From Vermamoeba vermiformis (lineage: Eukaryota), in assembly GCA_045837725.1 (NCBI GenBank), contig JBEWZL010000282.1, forward strand, positions 434,001 through 498,000: 64,000 nucleotides of DNA, in the 5' to 3' direction. Made by a program: the position numbers and the translations under genes. A model generated the notes under the pieces. It did no database searches and was not told where the DNA came from. It saw nothing but the letters and a program-made list of their open reading frames with translations. This document shows positions 24,501 through 38,199 of this stretch, piece by piece (position 1 is the first letter of the stretch; every line of letters begins with the position of its first letter).

Positions 24501-26172
24501 AAACCTAACTAATGCTCACTGTCTAGGATATGGACCAACCGTTGTCGCACTACTGGATTTCTAGCTCGCACAACACGTACTTAGAGGCTGGTCAATTGCG
24601 CGGAAAGTCTTCAATCGAGGCTTACATTTACGTGCTGAAACAAGGTTGCCGCTGTATTGAATGTAAGTCTCCTCGTTAGTGCTCGTTCTCGTTTCTTATC
24701 ATTGTACAGTGGACACTTGGGACGGCGACGATGGCCAGCCTATTGTTTATCACGGTCACACCATTGTCTCTAAGATTAAGTTCGAAGAGGCCATCAAAGC
24801 CATCAGCACATACGGCTTTTATGCGTAAGTGGCAAACAGTTCCCGTTGTTCATGCTAACGTGTTTGCAGCTCTACTTATCCAATCGTTCTTTCAATTGAA
24901 AACCATTGCTCAACTGCCCAGCAAACCGAAATGGCCAAGATTATGCGTAATTACTTCGGAGACGCTTTGTTGTTGCCCGAGCACCGTCATATTACGGACA
25001 CTGACGCAAATCTGCCTTCTCCCAAGTTCTTGAAGGAGCGCATCATCGTCAAGGGCAAAATGTCCGTTGGAGTTGATAAACAGATGCCGGGAACTTTCAA
25101 AAAGCCTCTCGCGGCCTCTGATATCCCGGGCGATCCAGGCAGCCCTCTCGAAATGGCTCCTGACCGAAACGTGTTAGTTCGTTCAACACCCTCCAAGAAG
25201 GAAAAGATTTCCGAAGAGCTGTCAAAGGTCATCTTCTTGAAGACTCTGGGCTTTAAGGGCTTCAAGGTTGCCATGGAGCGAAAGCAACGTGTTTGGGAAA
25301 TGTGCTCTTTTAGCGGTACGTTATCTTTTCCTGCTCGTGATTGCCATTCGCTAACTCTACGTGTTTACAGAGGACAAGGCTGTTGCTTTGGCCAAGAAAC
25401 AGCCCGATGAGTTCATCGAGTACAACGCGAAGTACGTGTCGCGTATTTACCCTCGTGGTGTTCGATTCGACTCGTCCAACTACGACCCGTTGATTCACTT
25501 CTTTGTCGGCAGTCAATTTGTGAGTAAAGCTACTATCATAATACTCAAAGCTAATGACTCGACTAGGTTGCGTTGAACTGGCAAACACCTGGTTTCGAAG
25601 TGTGGACCTACGAAGCGTTCTTCAATCGCTATGCCATTCTCCAGCCGCTGAGCGATATCCATCCTACACTTCACGTCAACTATCCTAACTCTGGCTACGT
25701 CTTGAAGCCGCAACACTTGCGCACCCCTGGTGCACCCATTGTCAACAGATACAAGACCCTGACAGTGCGTGTGTTCAGTGCCCGTCAGTTGCCCAAGACT
25801 GGCTTGGACGTGATCGATCCATATATTGAGATACACTTGCGCGGCATGAAGGACTTGCATATGGTGAAGACGCAAGTTGAAAAGAACAACGGCTATTGCC
25901 CTGAATGGGACGAGACCTTCGAGTTCAACATCACCGAGTCCAGCACTGCTTGCTTGTATTTTAGTAAGTCTTAGATGGTTTTGCATCTCACATTAGTGAT
26001 ATTAACGACATATCTTCTAGTTGTCCTCGATGCCCATGGCAGCAAGAGATTAGCGCACTATTCAGTCATGGTCGAGTCGATCCGCTCTGGTTACCGTGTG
26101 GTCCCATTGCGCGACGATAATGGCAAGTTCATTCCATTTGCTAATGTATTCTGCCATTTCCAATTGGTGTAA
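21513..26172 (+). CDS. Phosphoinositide-specific phospholipase C with extra N-terminal C2 and permuted NlpC/P60-like domains (C2-NlpC/P60-PH-EF-X-Y-C2)
   Basis: X box: SSHNTYL, GCRCIE, DTWDG, VYHGHT, SIENHC. Y box: SRIYPRG..DSSNYDP, VALNWQT. C-terminal C2: [19 protein letters not shown]-terminal C2: [22 protein letters not shown]. Confidence 0.88.
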
Positions 26173-26572
26173 ATTAATAATAGTATTATTTTGTGTTTCG
26201 TACATCTGCTTACCAGATCCAATTAATTAAAATTTGTTTCTGGTTTGAAATAAAGTCTTTTAAGTAGTATTTATGTCAATAATATTGCGCAATGTGACAG
26301 CAAATGTTACCAATAAAATTTCGCGCCCGAATTTTAAACCGTTGTTGTCTCGCGACAACCGGCAACAATTTAAATTTAATTTGTGCAAATAATAGCACAC
26401 GAGGTTAGTGCCCAGAGCCTTTTAAAGTTATTATTTTATGAAGCGTAAAGCGCAAACTCAACCTGTTTCCCGACGAAAGAGAGTAAGTTTGGCGATAATT
26501 AAATTTTAGCTTTAACGAACTGGAAACTAATAACTATTTTAATAGCAAAAAACAAGCATTGATTTATTAGAC

Positions 26573-27759
26573 ATGGCTGACAAGGAAATTGACGAAGAAT
26601 TACCTGAATTGCCGGACATCACCACAATTATTGGCGAGATCAAGGAGAATGTAGCGGGCCTTCCTACTGATATGTGGAAATTAATATTTGGTTTTATGAC
26701 CGAGAATTTGGATCGTTTCCCCGTTCCACTGGCGATCCAACTAATAATGCTGAAAAATACTTCAAAAGGACTTCATTCAATGGTAAAGAAGTTCTTAGAA
26801 CTAACTCCGCGAGATAATCCCGGCAGACTTACCGCCATGGACTTCTACTGTAGTAAAGGCTATTTAGAATGCGTCAAATATGCGCACGGATGTGGCTTTC
26901 CCTGGCACCAAGGTTGTTGCAGTTGGGCTGCTTCTTACGGCCACTTAGACGTACTGAAATATCTGCACGAGAACGGATGTAAGGCATTAAACTAGCGTCA
27001 CACACAGTAATCTAAAACGACTTTTGTTAAACAGGTGAATGGAATGAGCAAGTTGGTGTTGAGGCGGCAGGTTTTGGGCACTTAGAAGTGTTGAAATACG
27101 TTCACGAACAGGGACTACCATTCCAAAAGTACCGTTGCACTGAGGTCGCAGCATTCGGAGGGCATTTGGAGTGCTTGAAATACCTGCACGAGAATGGAGG
27201 TACGTTCGAATGCTATCCTTGAAGCCAAATCTTACGTCATATTACAGCGGAATGGGATCACTATACAGCTGGTGAAGCAGCTAAGGGCGGTAATTTACAC
27301 TGCTTGAAGTACATTGTCGAACAGGGTGGACCGTGGGACTATCGGGTGGCATCGTGGGCAGCGGCAAAGGGTCATTTGGACCTGCTCAAATGGGCGCATG
27401 AAAATGGATGTGACTGGGAAGGTGACGCGTGCACTGAAGCAGCGATGAATAATCACTTTGAGTGCTTGAAATATTTGATCGAGAACGGTTGTCATATGAG
27501 CTTTGCAGTGGCCATGTACGCCGCTGCTAATGGCAATATGGAGATGCTCAAGTACGCATTGGACAACAACTGCGAGAAGGACCCAAGCACGTGTACAAGG
27601 GCCGCGAGAAATGGGCACCTCGAGTGTTTGAAGTACGCGAGGAGCAGGGGCGTGCCGTGGGAGGAAAACACGTTCATTGAAGCACACGACAACAAACAAG
27701 AAGCTGTGCTCGAGTACTTGCGCGCTAATGGATGTCCGAAGCCACCAGGATTGGAATAG
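26573..27759 (+). CDS. Ankyrin-repeat protein of the 'GHLExLKYLHENGCPW' type with an F-box-like N-terminus
   Basis: Repeated AAxxGHL(D/E)xLKYxHENGCxW units. N-terminal GLPTDMWKLIFGF. Two introns. Confidence 0.85.
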
Positions 27760-27800
27760 TGCTATTTATATTATATATTATAGGTCCAAAAGTCACTGCC

Positions 27801-29582
27801 TTACTGGTCTGTTGATGGTGCCTTTGGCTTTTTGAAAATTAAATTGAAGTGTTGCTTATGTTTTTCTTTGATCTGTGCCAATGTATCAAAGTCCATATTG
27901 TTCGTAGTAGACGTGAGATTGATTTTAGAGTGAAGTCCTTTGACAATTCGCGGTTCCAACCACGCATCCAAACCGTCCAAAGAATGAATTGTTAGCTTAG
28001 TACAGTGTTCCATATTCAAATTTCTAATAGAATCTGAGTACGCCAACACGGCTTGCATTGATCTGTCGGTTAATTGGTTGCAGAATCCAACGTCAAACTT
28101 GACCAATTTGTTGCATTTTTTGGCGATATTTTCGACGCCTTCATCGCTAATATTAGGACAAAGCTAGCGAATACGATATTAATATATGGTTAAGAAGAGT
28201 AAGATTTTTTAACGTACTTGTAGATTCAATCTGATGATGTCGGAACAATTTTCAGTGAGCAGATCCAATGTGTGGTTAGTGACGTTAACTTGACTAGCGT
28301 CAAAGTACTTCAATTTCAACACTTGCAATAATGAATCGACACCAACGTGCGTAAAGCTAAAAATAGGAACTATAAGATCTCGATCTAGATTCGGGATCAA
28401 AATAGAGAGCGCTTACTTATCAACAAAGCTTATATTCAGGTCTGTAATCGCAGTGCATGCTTTCAGAGCCTCTAATGACTTGTTCGTTAATTGTTTGCAC
28501 GCAGTGACATCCAGTTGAACCAGATCCGTCAATTTGGAAATGCCTTCGATAAAGCCTTCATCGGTGATTGCTGTTTCGCGAATGGACAAAGACTAACGTA
28601 CATGGTTAATAATTATAATTCGTATCCACGAATGGTTATATTAAAGATGAAATGTAACGGAGAAGATCGTGGATGTACTTACGGTTAATTTGGTACAGTA
28701 TTTGCCAAGTGTAGTCATTGCATCGTTTCCTCTAACTCCAGTCATAGTTAAGTCCAATGATGTCAAGTTGGTGAGTTTAGGAGCCAATTGCTCCAAGCAC
28801 TTGTTTGTAAATCCGCTACACGTTCGTACATCCAAGTGCTCCAAGCTTTCAGTCTTCAAATTCGTAGCCAATATAGTAAATTCTATTTATATATTAGTAA
28901 TTGTATTATACATCGATATTTACGCTTACTTTCTTCGTTTATATTCCAAGATCCCATCAAAGATAATGATTTTAGCTTTGTTAAGTTTTTGCCGATAGAA
29001 ATCCAATTTTCATTCGTCGTATTATTCAATGCACTCAAGTTCAAGCTCGTTAAGTTGGGCAAAGAGGCAAAAGGATCATTATTTACAAAGCTAAAGACGA
29101 ATGTTAGGCGGATGTGATCTTGAAGAGGTTTAGATTAAGAGTAAATGGTTCAAAAGGAATATATATTGTGAAATTACATACCTATAATCACTGTTGCCCA
29201 AATTCAAGACTTCTAATTGAGTTTGTTGTTGTAAAAATGAATTCAATCGTTGTCGATAGACATTTTGGCAGCTTGATAAATCCAACACTCGTAATTGGGA
29301 AGTAAAGTCTTTGAATAATAATTCTAAAATTTTCCCTGCTCGCTTGGCACGTCGCATAGTGAAGTTGCGGATGTACTTCAAACAAGATTCGTTTGATCGC
29401 AAAATATCTTCGCCATAATTCGTTGATTCAGGATGTAAAATTTCCACATTTTTCCACAAGGCCTCTTCTTGATATAAGTGACGGAAATAAGTGCTTGTCA
29501 TGCTCAGACACGTACGATCTTTCCACGAGAAATATTTTGTGACCATCAGCCACACGTCTAATGGTAACTCTGTAATAGACAT
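27801..29582 (-). CDS. F-box/leucine-rich-repeat protein (FBXL-like)
   Basis: F-box ITELPLDVWLMVTKYFSWKDRTCLSMTS; cysteine-containing LRRs (LRVLDLSSCQN, LEHLDVRTCSG, FDVGFCNQLTD). Confidence 0.85.
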
Positions 29583-30474
29583 TGTTGTATTGTGTCTTAT
29601 CTACATTAATATCATTCAATATTTTGTTGCTGCTCGCGTTGAGTTATTTAGGAGCCGGATTCTGACAAATTTCGCTTGTGACGTCATGGTTCCGCGGAAG
29701 ATGACGCGTCAATATGCCGCGTAAAATTGATAAATCAACAACATAATAACGCTACGACTCATTGCAGAGATCGTGGTCGTGGTCTCTACAGAAAGAATAA
29801 AAAAAAAGATTGTCAGTTTGCTCTAATTGTTTGACCAATTCAGCTCCACGAAAGAACCTCAAAATAATTTTATGGCGGTATAGTCTGTGCTAATTGACAA
29901 GGCACTGTTTGTTTAGAGTAAGTAGTAGTGTTAACAAATTACAATCGACGTTCTGCAGCTTCAAATTAAATTAAATTATCATTCAAATAATTCACGTACA
30001 TATTAATAATAGCGAAAATGATGGCAGTTCATAATCGCTTTGATATTTTTATTTTAAGAAAATCTTTTTGTGAGATCCTGACTCATTTGTTTAGTTTGGG
30101 CCACCTAAACTCCACTCGGCAACATATTAAATGCTACAATATTAATTTAATGCCGTAGAGCTGCAAATAGTGCAACAAACAAAAATGAAAAGATTACCTG
30201 CCTGATCCGTGTTCGGTAGACAAATTACAGCACGTGTTGCGTACACACGAGACTGAATCACATGCGAGTGTCACAAGGAGGTCCGCATTGACCCGTGTTA
30301 ATCCCTGCAACACTCGCTTGGGGTCAATGCGGACCTTTGGAGCTATTTCCGACGTCTCAAACTCGCGCTGATTGGTCAGTTCTGTTGACCAGGGCACTGC
30401 GCCATAAATAGCTAAGACATCCTCGAGCTCATTGTATCAAATATCTTGCATTAGAAGCCAGATCCACACCTAAA

Positions 30475-33229
30475 ATGAGCATTAAAACTACGACGCTTGG
30501 TTTGCCCCGCATTGGCGCTGAACGAGAATTGAAATGGGCGCAAGAGAAGTACTGGCGCAATGAAATTACGCAAGAAGAGCTGCTTAATGTTGCAAAAACT
30601 ATTCGACATGCTAACTGGACCGAGCAACAAAAGAACAAAATCAGCTGGATCCCATCCAATGATTTCTCGTTCTACGACCAAGTCCTCGATACTTCTGTAT
30701 TGTTTGGTGTAGTGCCTGATAGATACAAAGATCTATTAAATGACGTAAGTGTTTCTAATTTGCGCAATCCCGTGACTAATCCGTTGAGATGCAGCGTGTT
30801 GTGACAGATGCACAAGGCTTGCCTAGCTTCCCTTTGACCGCGTACTTTGCCTTGGCTCGAGGAGACGCCACTCACACTGCCATGGAAATGACTAAATGGT
30901 TCGACACTAATTACCATTACATTGTGCCCGAGTTCAACTTGGACACCACCGTGTTCCGTGTGAACGACAACAAAATCTTTGCGCACTTCTTGGAGGCCAA
31001 GAACGAGCTGGGCATTGTCACCAAGCCCGTGCTGTTGGGTCCTTTGACTTACCTCGCATTGGGCAAGTTGAAATCTACCGAAGAGCATGCCCACGACAGC
31101 TCTTGTTCGCACGCTCAACAACAACCGTCTGACAACGAGAAAGATACTAGTAAGTCCAATATGATTATTATGACACGAGTTAGTACTAACACGTCACATT
31201 AGTCTTGCAACTGTTGCCCAAATTGATCCCAGTCTACGAAGAAATCTTCACAAAGTTGAAGACTCTCGGCGCTGAATGGATTCAAATCGACGAGCCTCTT
31301 TTGGCTTGCGATCTCACTGATAAGCAAAAACGAGAGTACGTCAACACTTACGCTGCATTTAAAGAGAAGAATTTTGGAGGTCTCAAAGTGTTCTTGGCCA
31401 CGTACTTTGAAGGTAAAATAAGCGCAGCATTTGATTAACTGTCACACTCTAATTATCGTCCTTAGGATTGCTGGACAATTTGGATCTCGCGGTCAATCTC
31501 CCCGTCGATGTGTTGCACATTGACGCCGTCGCGTGCCCTGAACAAGTGTCACAAGTCGTGACAGCTGTCAAGCCAAAGTTCAACTTGAAATTGTCCCTCG
31601 GTCTCGTTGAAGGCAGAAACATCTGGCGCACTAACCTATCGAACGCTATTCAAGTGGCTACTGCTGTTGTCAAAGAGCTTGGATCTGAACGCGTTGTCAT
31701 TGGCACCTCGTGTTCATTGCTCCATTCACCCGTAACTTTGGCAAAAGGTCCGTACCGTACTTAATCACGCAATATCTTCAATGCTAATGCACTTATAGAG
31801 ACCAAACTCGATGCTGAAATTCGCAGCTGGCTAGCTTTTGCCTACGAAAAGATCGAGGAAGTCAAAATCATCGCTCAAGCGCTCAATGAAGGCTTGCCGA
31901 GTGTCCAACAAGAGCTCGATGACAACACTAAGGCTTTGAACAACAAAGCAGCCTCGTCGAGGATTCATAACAGTGCCGTGAAGACCCGATTGGATAACGT
32001 GACCGAGGAGCAACACAACCGCAAGAGCCCGTACACCGTGAGAAAGCCTGTGCAGCAAAAAGAATTGAACTTGCCTTTGTTCCCCACCACGACCATTGGT
32101 TCGTTCCCTCAAACAGCGCAAGTCCGCAAGTTCCGCAGTGACTTCAAGACGAAGAAGATCAGCGAAGAGCAGTACGAACAGTTCTTGAAGCAAGAGATCA
32201 TCAGCGTCATCAAGTTGCAAGAGGAGCTGGACATTGATGTGCCAGTGCACGGCGAGTTCGAGCGAAACGACATGGTCGAGTACTTTGGCGAGCACTTGAA
32301 CGGGTATGCATAGAACATGGCGTGAATATCAACGAAGACTAACGGTTGTGACATTTCAGGTACACATTCACTGTCAATGGCTGGGTGCAGAGCTATGGCT
32401 CGCGATGTGTCAAGCCGCCAGTGATCTTTGGCGATGTGTACCGCACTCAGCCCATCACTGTCAAGTGGTCTGCATTCGCGCAACAACAGACCTCGCGACC
32501 TGTCAAAGGCATGTTGACCGGACCTGTCACCATGTTGCAGTGGTCATTTGTCAGAAACGATCAGCCTCGTTCGAGAACTTGTCAACAACTAGCCTTGGCT
32601 ATTCGTGATGAGGTCGCTGACTTGGAAAAGAACGGAATTAAGGTATTACCATATAAGGCAATAAACGTGACACGTGTCTAATCCTGTTCGCTTAGGTCAT
32701 TCAAATTGACGAGCCTGCCTTGCGCGAAGGGTTGCCATTGAGATCTAGCAAGAGAGCTGCGTACCTGCAGTGGGCTGTCAACTCGTTCAAACTCTCCGCG
32801 GCTGTCGTGCAGGACCAGACCCAAATCCACACGCACATGTGCTACGCTGAGTTCAACGACGTAAGTAAAATTGATATCTGTCTTAGTAGTAATATGTTTG
32901 TGGTGTTTTAGATCTTTGACTCAATTGCTGCGCTCGACGCGGATGTGATCTCGATCGAAGCGTCTCGATCTGAAATGGAGCTGCTGAATGCGTTCAAGCA
33001 ATACAAATACCCTAATGATATTGGCCCTGGTCTTTGGGACATTCATTCGCCGCGTGTGCCGTCTCAAGCTGAGATGGAATTGCTCGCTAAGAAAGTTTTG
33101 CAGTTCGTACCGAAAGAACAAGTTTGGATCAACCCCGATTGTGGCTTGAAGACGCGAGGATGGGAAGAGACTATTCAATCATTGAAGAACCTTGTTGCTG
33201 TTGCTAAAGTAGTGCGAGCACAGCAATAA
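30475..33229 (+). CDS. metE: Cobalamin-independent methionine synthase (5-methyltetrahydropteroyltriglutamate-homocysteine methyltransferase)
   Basis: [86 protein letters not shown]. Confidence 0.97.
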
Positions 33230-33555
33230 TGAACTTGAATGAATAACTTACTAATAATGCAATAAAAAACACCTTTAAAAAGTGCCGACGTGTCAGATTT
33301 TAATATCTGCTCAGTCAAGGAATAAGGTACTTAAAATCGAGGAGTAAACAATAACAGAAGTAGTTGTAGAGTTCAATTTAAAGGCCGGATCGAAAAAGCT
33401 AACAATTAATCTTTGGATCTAACATCTCTGGCCTCTTAGGCGCTTGCAAGCATAATAACTTTTGCCTAGCGAATAACTTGACATCATTTTGCTTCCATTT
33501 TGTGTTGCTAAGCCAGACTAGTTGAGTTGAGGTCTTTTTATCCTGTTACTCGAAG

Positions 33556-35483
33556 ATGGCGACAACAGCTCAAACACCTGAGCTTAGTCTCACTTTGCCT
33601 GAGCTGCCATATGATATATTACTTCGAATAAATTCATTTTGTGGCGTGCGAGATGTATGCCAGCTGAGTTCCACGAACAAATTCATGATCCACTTCACGC
33701 ATCAAATTGTTTGGAAGCAATTATCAAAAGAAAAATTTGGAAAATATATTAACAAGAATATAACAAACGTGAAGACTTATAATTGGTTGAAATTCTTCAA
33801 GCAAAGGTAATAAGACTTTTAAACAATATTATTTTGAATCTGTAAGATAATTATTAGTCACTACATGTCGAATATCTATTCTCTTATACTCGCAAAATAT
33901 TTTAATATTATTATATATGTTAAATTTATTGTGATAGATACCTACTTTCGAAGTACAACAATTTATTGACGCTGGTCCGGGATCTGAAAGAAGAAGATGA
34001 GTGTAAGCATCATAAATAGAGAATACGGCATATTAAATATGTCATTTTATTATTGCAAATAATAACGGGTGTAATTTTAGTCAAACTCCGCGCGGCTTTG
34101 GATGCAGCCCGAACTTATCCCGCCGAGCAAGGTACGCGCTTTTTAATTCCTGTAAAATTATTATATGTAATGCTAATGCTTGCCTAGTCGATGAATTCTA
34201 CGCATTTTTAGACGCCATGTTGTATCACCTCGAACAAGATTATAGTCTCCAACGCACACTCTCACCCGCATTACGCGACAAAATTATTGACGGTATGATA
34301 GGACTATGAAGTGCATATTAATATCGTCTATATCATAATATATCAAAATCTATTGATTGGTATGCGGATCTGACGTCACAAATTTAATTCTAGATTTTTT
34401 GTACATTACGCGCAAACGCAGATCCCGACAAAAAAATCGCGAAGTGAGTGACGCACTTAATTGGCTGCGACCTGAGATTAGAGAGGCGAATACATCCATG
34501 TCGGTCACTGACATGTTCAAGATGGGCAGTACGTGTTGGATCTAACCAGTCAGTTTTCATGAACGAGAACTAACGCTAGCGATCTATTTTTAGCTTGTTA
34601 CGCGATATTTGCCATCACAGCCGTGTTCCCCTTGACACATCCAACAGTGATGGCTCTAGTCATGGCACTCCTGGCCCTCGTCATCACGAGTGACAAGTTC
34701 ATGTTCACGGCAATCTTTGCACTAATTTCAGGCGTAAGATATTTTCGATTACAATATTTCCTTATTTGGTAAAATTGACGTATTTATTTGCAGACGGCAT
34801 TTAATCACACGGTGTACTGGGACGGAGGACTAGGGGCCTTAATTAGTTTCATATTAATGTTGCCAAGTTTCTTCTTTTCCACGCTGCAGATCCGCTACGC
34901 AATTCCATATTTAATCGGCCTTGGTGGCAATCTACTCTTAAGTACGTCTCTTTTTATTACCATATTAGGCAAGTACTCATCAGCGCACAGAGGGCCAAAC
35001 AACCACGTGGCGGTTCACGGACGCAGTGTGGCCGAGTTTGATGGCTGTCGCGGCTGGTCCCGTGGCGGTGATTGCAACCGAAGAGTTGATCATGTTGATG
35101 TGGACCTACATTTTGTCGTACATTCCGCTGCTGCGCGGTCAAGTGATCAGCACGGCACTGTGGTTCGACAGGCGCTGGAAGAAGATGGACCCGTCGTGGC
35201 TGGTCACGCTGGGCTGGACGCAACAGACCACTGTTGCCATGGCTAAAAATAGGTGGCGATTGCATTCATTCAAGTACGTCTCATCTTATACTCTCTTTAC
35301 GTTAGCAATTCATTATAGTCTCATAGTATCAGTATTAGTTATTATTATGTTTCTAACGAGGTTTTTTCACCGAGCAGATCCACCACAAATACGAGCGACA
35401 AAGGTGTGATAGCATTAGGTCTCGCGATTGGTCTGTGCATTGCAGTGTTCATTACAAGTCTCGTGAAGATTTGGATCAAGTGA
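33556..35483 (+). CDS. F-box protein with a multi-pass membrane C-terminal half
   Basis: F-box LPELPYDILLRINSFCGVRDVCQLSSTNK...IVWKQL. Later exons encode several hydrophobic helices and end ...GLCIAVFITSLVKIWIK*. Confidence 0.65.
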
Positions 35484-35598
35484 CATGTCCATATACACCA
35501 ATAATAGAGGATCTTTTTGTGTTTTTAATTCGCGTTGTTTTTTTTTTATTCTTCCATTTTTTCATTACTATTATTAGTAATATTATCACTACTAATGT

Positions 35599-37771
35599 TC
35601 ATATTATTATTACTCGTATTATTACTGTTAATATTAGCATTGTTGTATCGGTCTTGCAAAAATTTTCTCGTGCTGGGAACTTTTGGTTTTCGCTGCAAGA
35701 CGTACAAGACGCACTTGTAGCCACCGACATCGCACTAGTAATAGGACATTAGTGTTAATAATAATATGACACTATGATCAACGATATGCGCGTACCATTC
35801 TGTGGTGCAACACTTCCCAGTAAATGTGATTTTCAAACAGTCGTTCCATCAACTTGCGTTCTAATGTGATCAACACGCTCTAACAAATTATAGGATATAA
35901 GTCGCATAACAATTTATAATAGTATAATAATAATAATATTGATATATATTTTTTCAAATATTAATGTGAGAATAAATGTGGTTTTACTTCTGATATACTA
36001 AGAAGTATAATATTATTATAATGACACAAATTTCAGCTTCGAATGTAAATTTAAGTCGAGTCAAAGGAACCGAATCGAAATTTCACGGTGTCAAACATAA
36101 ATAGTAGTATTACTATTACTAACGCAGCGTATTCATCACTTACAATGCCGCCAGGTTTAATCACGCGCGCACTTTCCTCGAAATATCGCGGGTACAATTT
36201 CTGATTTTCTCTGTTGCTGCCGTGGCGCCGACCTGAAAACAAACATTTTTCACAATAAGCATCATAAACAATACTAATACTATATTATTATAATATTAGT
36301 ATTACCGAATGGCAGGTCGCAAATGAATATGTCCGCAGAATTAGATCGCATGGGAATTCTCGTCGCGTCCCAATTGACGCACGTGATGTTGTTGTGTTTG
36401 CCGAACTGTGCGATGTGAATGGCCGCTTTGTTGCAGCTCTCGGTGTCGTACTCGCCGCTAATGTACACGGCATCGCCCCACACTGAACTAGCTTCTAACG
36501 GAATTGACGCCACACCGCCCATCGGATCCTACATCCGAAAAAAAAATTAAAAATTTAATTTTTTTTTTTGAGTATAGGGATTGATATTAATATATATGAC
36601 TGGTGTTACTTACCACTACGATATCGCCAGATTTTATATTAGCAATGCGCGCCATAATGTAAGCCATTGAAGCCATCAAGACTGTTTTGGCATTTTCAGA
36701 TCTGTTTCGCACACCTTGTCTGTCCTCACTAATATATAGGCATAGCATTAGTATTATATATATAATAGTAGTATATTAATGCCCGTACGTCAAGCATATT
36801 CCAGCCCAGCCCTGCGAGTCTCTCATTTCCATGTAGATCTCCATATCGTAACCTTTCATTTTCGCTACAATAACGAGAAATAATTAGTACTCATATGATA
36901 TATATATTAATAATATACTATAGTACTATAGTACATACGTTTCCAATTAAATATGTCGTTGCAATTGGCGCCAAAAGTCGCAGCGGCATCCATCGAAGTA
37001 ATTTTGTGGCCTTCGCCTGTACGCTCGCAAGTGACTCTATAAGAGCATATTAGTATTGATAGAGGGGTATTGTATATATATTTAATACCTGAATAACAAT
37101 TTATCGTTGGCTGTGGCTGGATCTGGCTTGTCTTGATTAAAAAGTTGCCACATCTCGAAAGCGGCGGTCTATTTGTTGAATTAGCGCTAATATCGATACT
37201 ATACTATGCATATTATATTACCCATGGCACATTATAAGGAATTTGCTCGACTTGTTTGAGTTGTTGTTCGCGTACTGGCGGATCTACGACCCAATGGTGG
37301 ATGTAGGCATACAATCTGCGTGTCTGGAGGTTAGATATCATATATGAATATGATTATATGTACCGATTAACTGAACGCAATGTTTTGAGGAGTTCTTGTG
37401 GCGGGGACGTTGATAAAAATTTAATAGCACCAAATCCGATCCATTCTAATTTTAAATTTTTGCATTTCTGTATTAATTCTTCTTGCACGTACTATATACG
37501 AATAATATTAGTCGGTTTTCAAAATAAAAATAAAAATAATTCAACGGATCTGTCAATAAAAATAAAACTAAACTTTAAAATCGGTATTTTAATACTTATA
37601 TGCTTATTATACGTATAATATAATATACTGAGTATTATTAGACTATTTTCTTACGTCTTCTAAGCCACCAGGCACTCCGGCAAGGTAGATCCACTCTTTT
37701 TGCAACGGCTCACTAGAATTCGAGGTTGAAGTTGTTTTATCGTTATTAACAGTAGTATTATTATTCTCCAT
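35599..37771 (-). CDS. THUMP-domain RNA m2G methyltransferase (THUMPD2/THUMPD3-like); 3' end approximate
   Basis: RVTCERTG..H..SMDAAATFG (THUMP); MAYIMARIANIKSGDIVV|DPMGGVASIPLE; WDATRIP; DLPFGRRHG; RVIKPGG. Confidence 0.8.
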
Positions 37772-38199
37772 TGGTACTATATTTAACGTAAAATAAATAA
37801 AATAAAATAAACTAAAGTTGATTCAAAATTTCAGGACTTGATCGGCAAAAAAAACAGGCGAACAGGCACACCGAGATTTCAAATTCATAATAAGTGTCCT
37901 AAACTACAATTAAAATTAAATGACGGTCGTCGATAGGCTCAAGCGTCAAGTAATCGAACTTTACCAAACAAATCTGACTAAAAATTGACTTTTGATTATT
38001 CAGCATTCGTCAGCAATGCTTTTCGTATGTCGATTACGTATCTAAATATAGTTCGTACTTCTAGAAGGTATGCCCATGTGATGTCTCGCTTTTTCAAGTA
38101 TTTTGATTTTCGGTCAATCACGCGCATAAAAAGATTTTGGCTTACAGTGATCTTTTTAAGGCTCAATAACTACAACACTAGTTCAGTCTATTATACACA

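Noticed and set aside
30194-30420. GC-richer block with CACGTG upstream of metE, as a possible riboswitch or Cbf1-like MET regulatory site
   Set aside because: No cobalamin or SAM riboswitch core is visible, and a single hexamer is not significant.
30475-33229. Fragmented ORFs suggesting frameshifted pseudogenes (metE, PLC, YhfW-like and others)
   Set aside because: The breaks coincide with canonical GT-AG introns that restore the frame.
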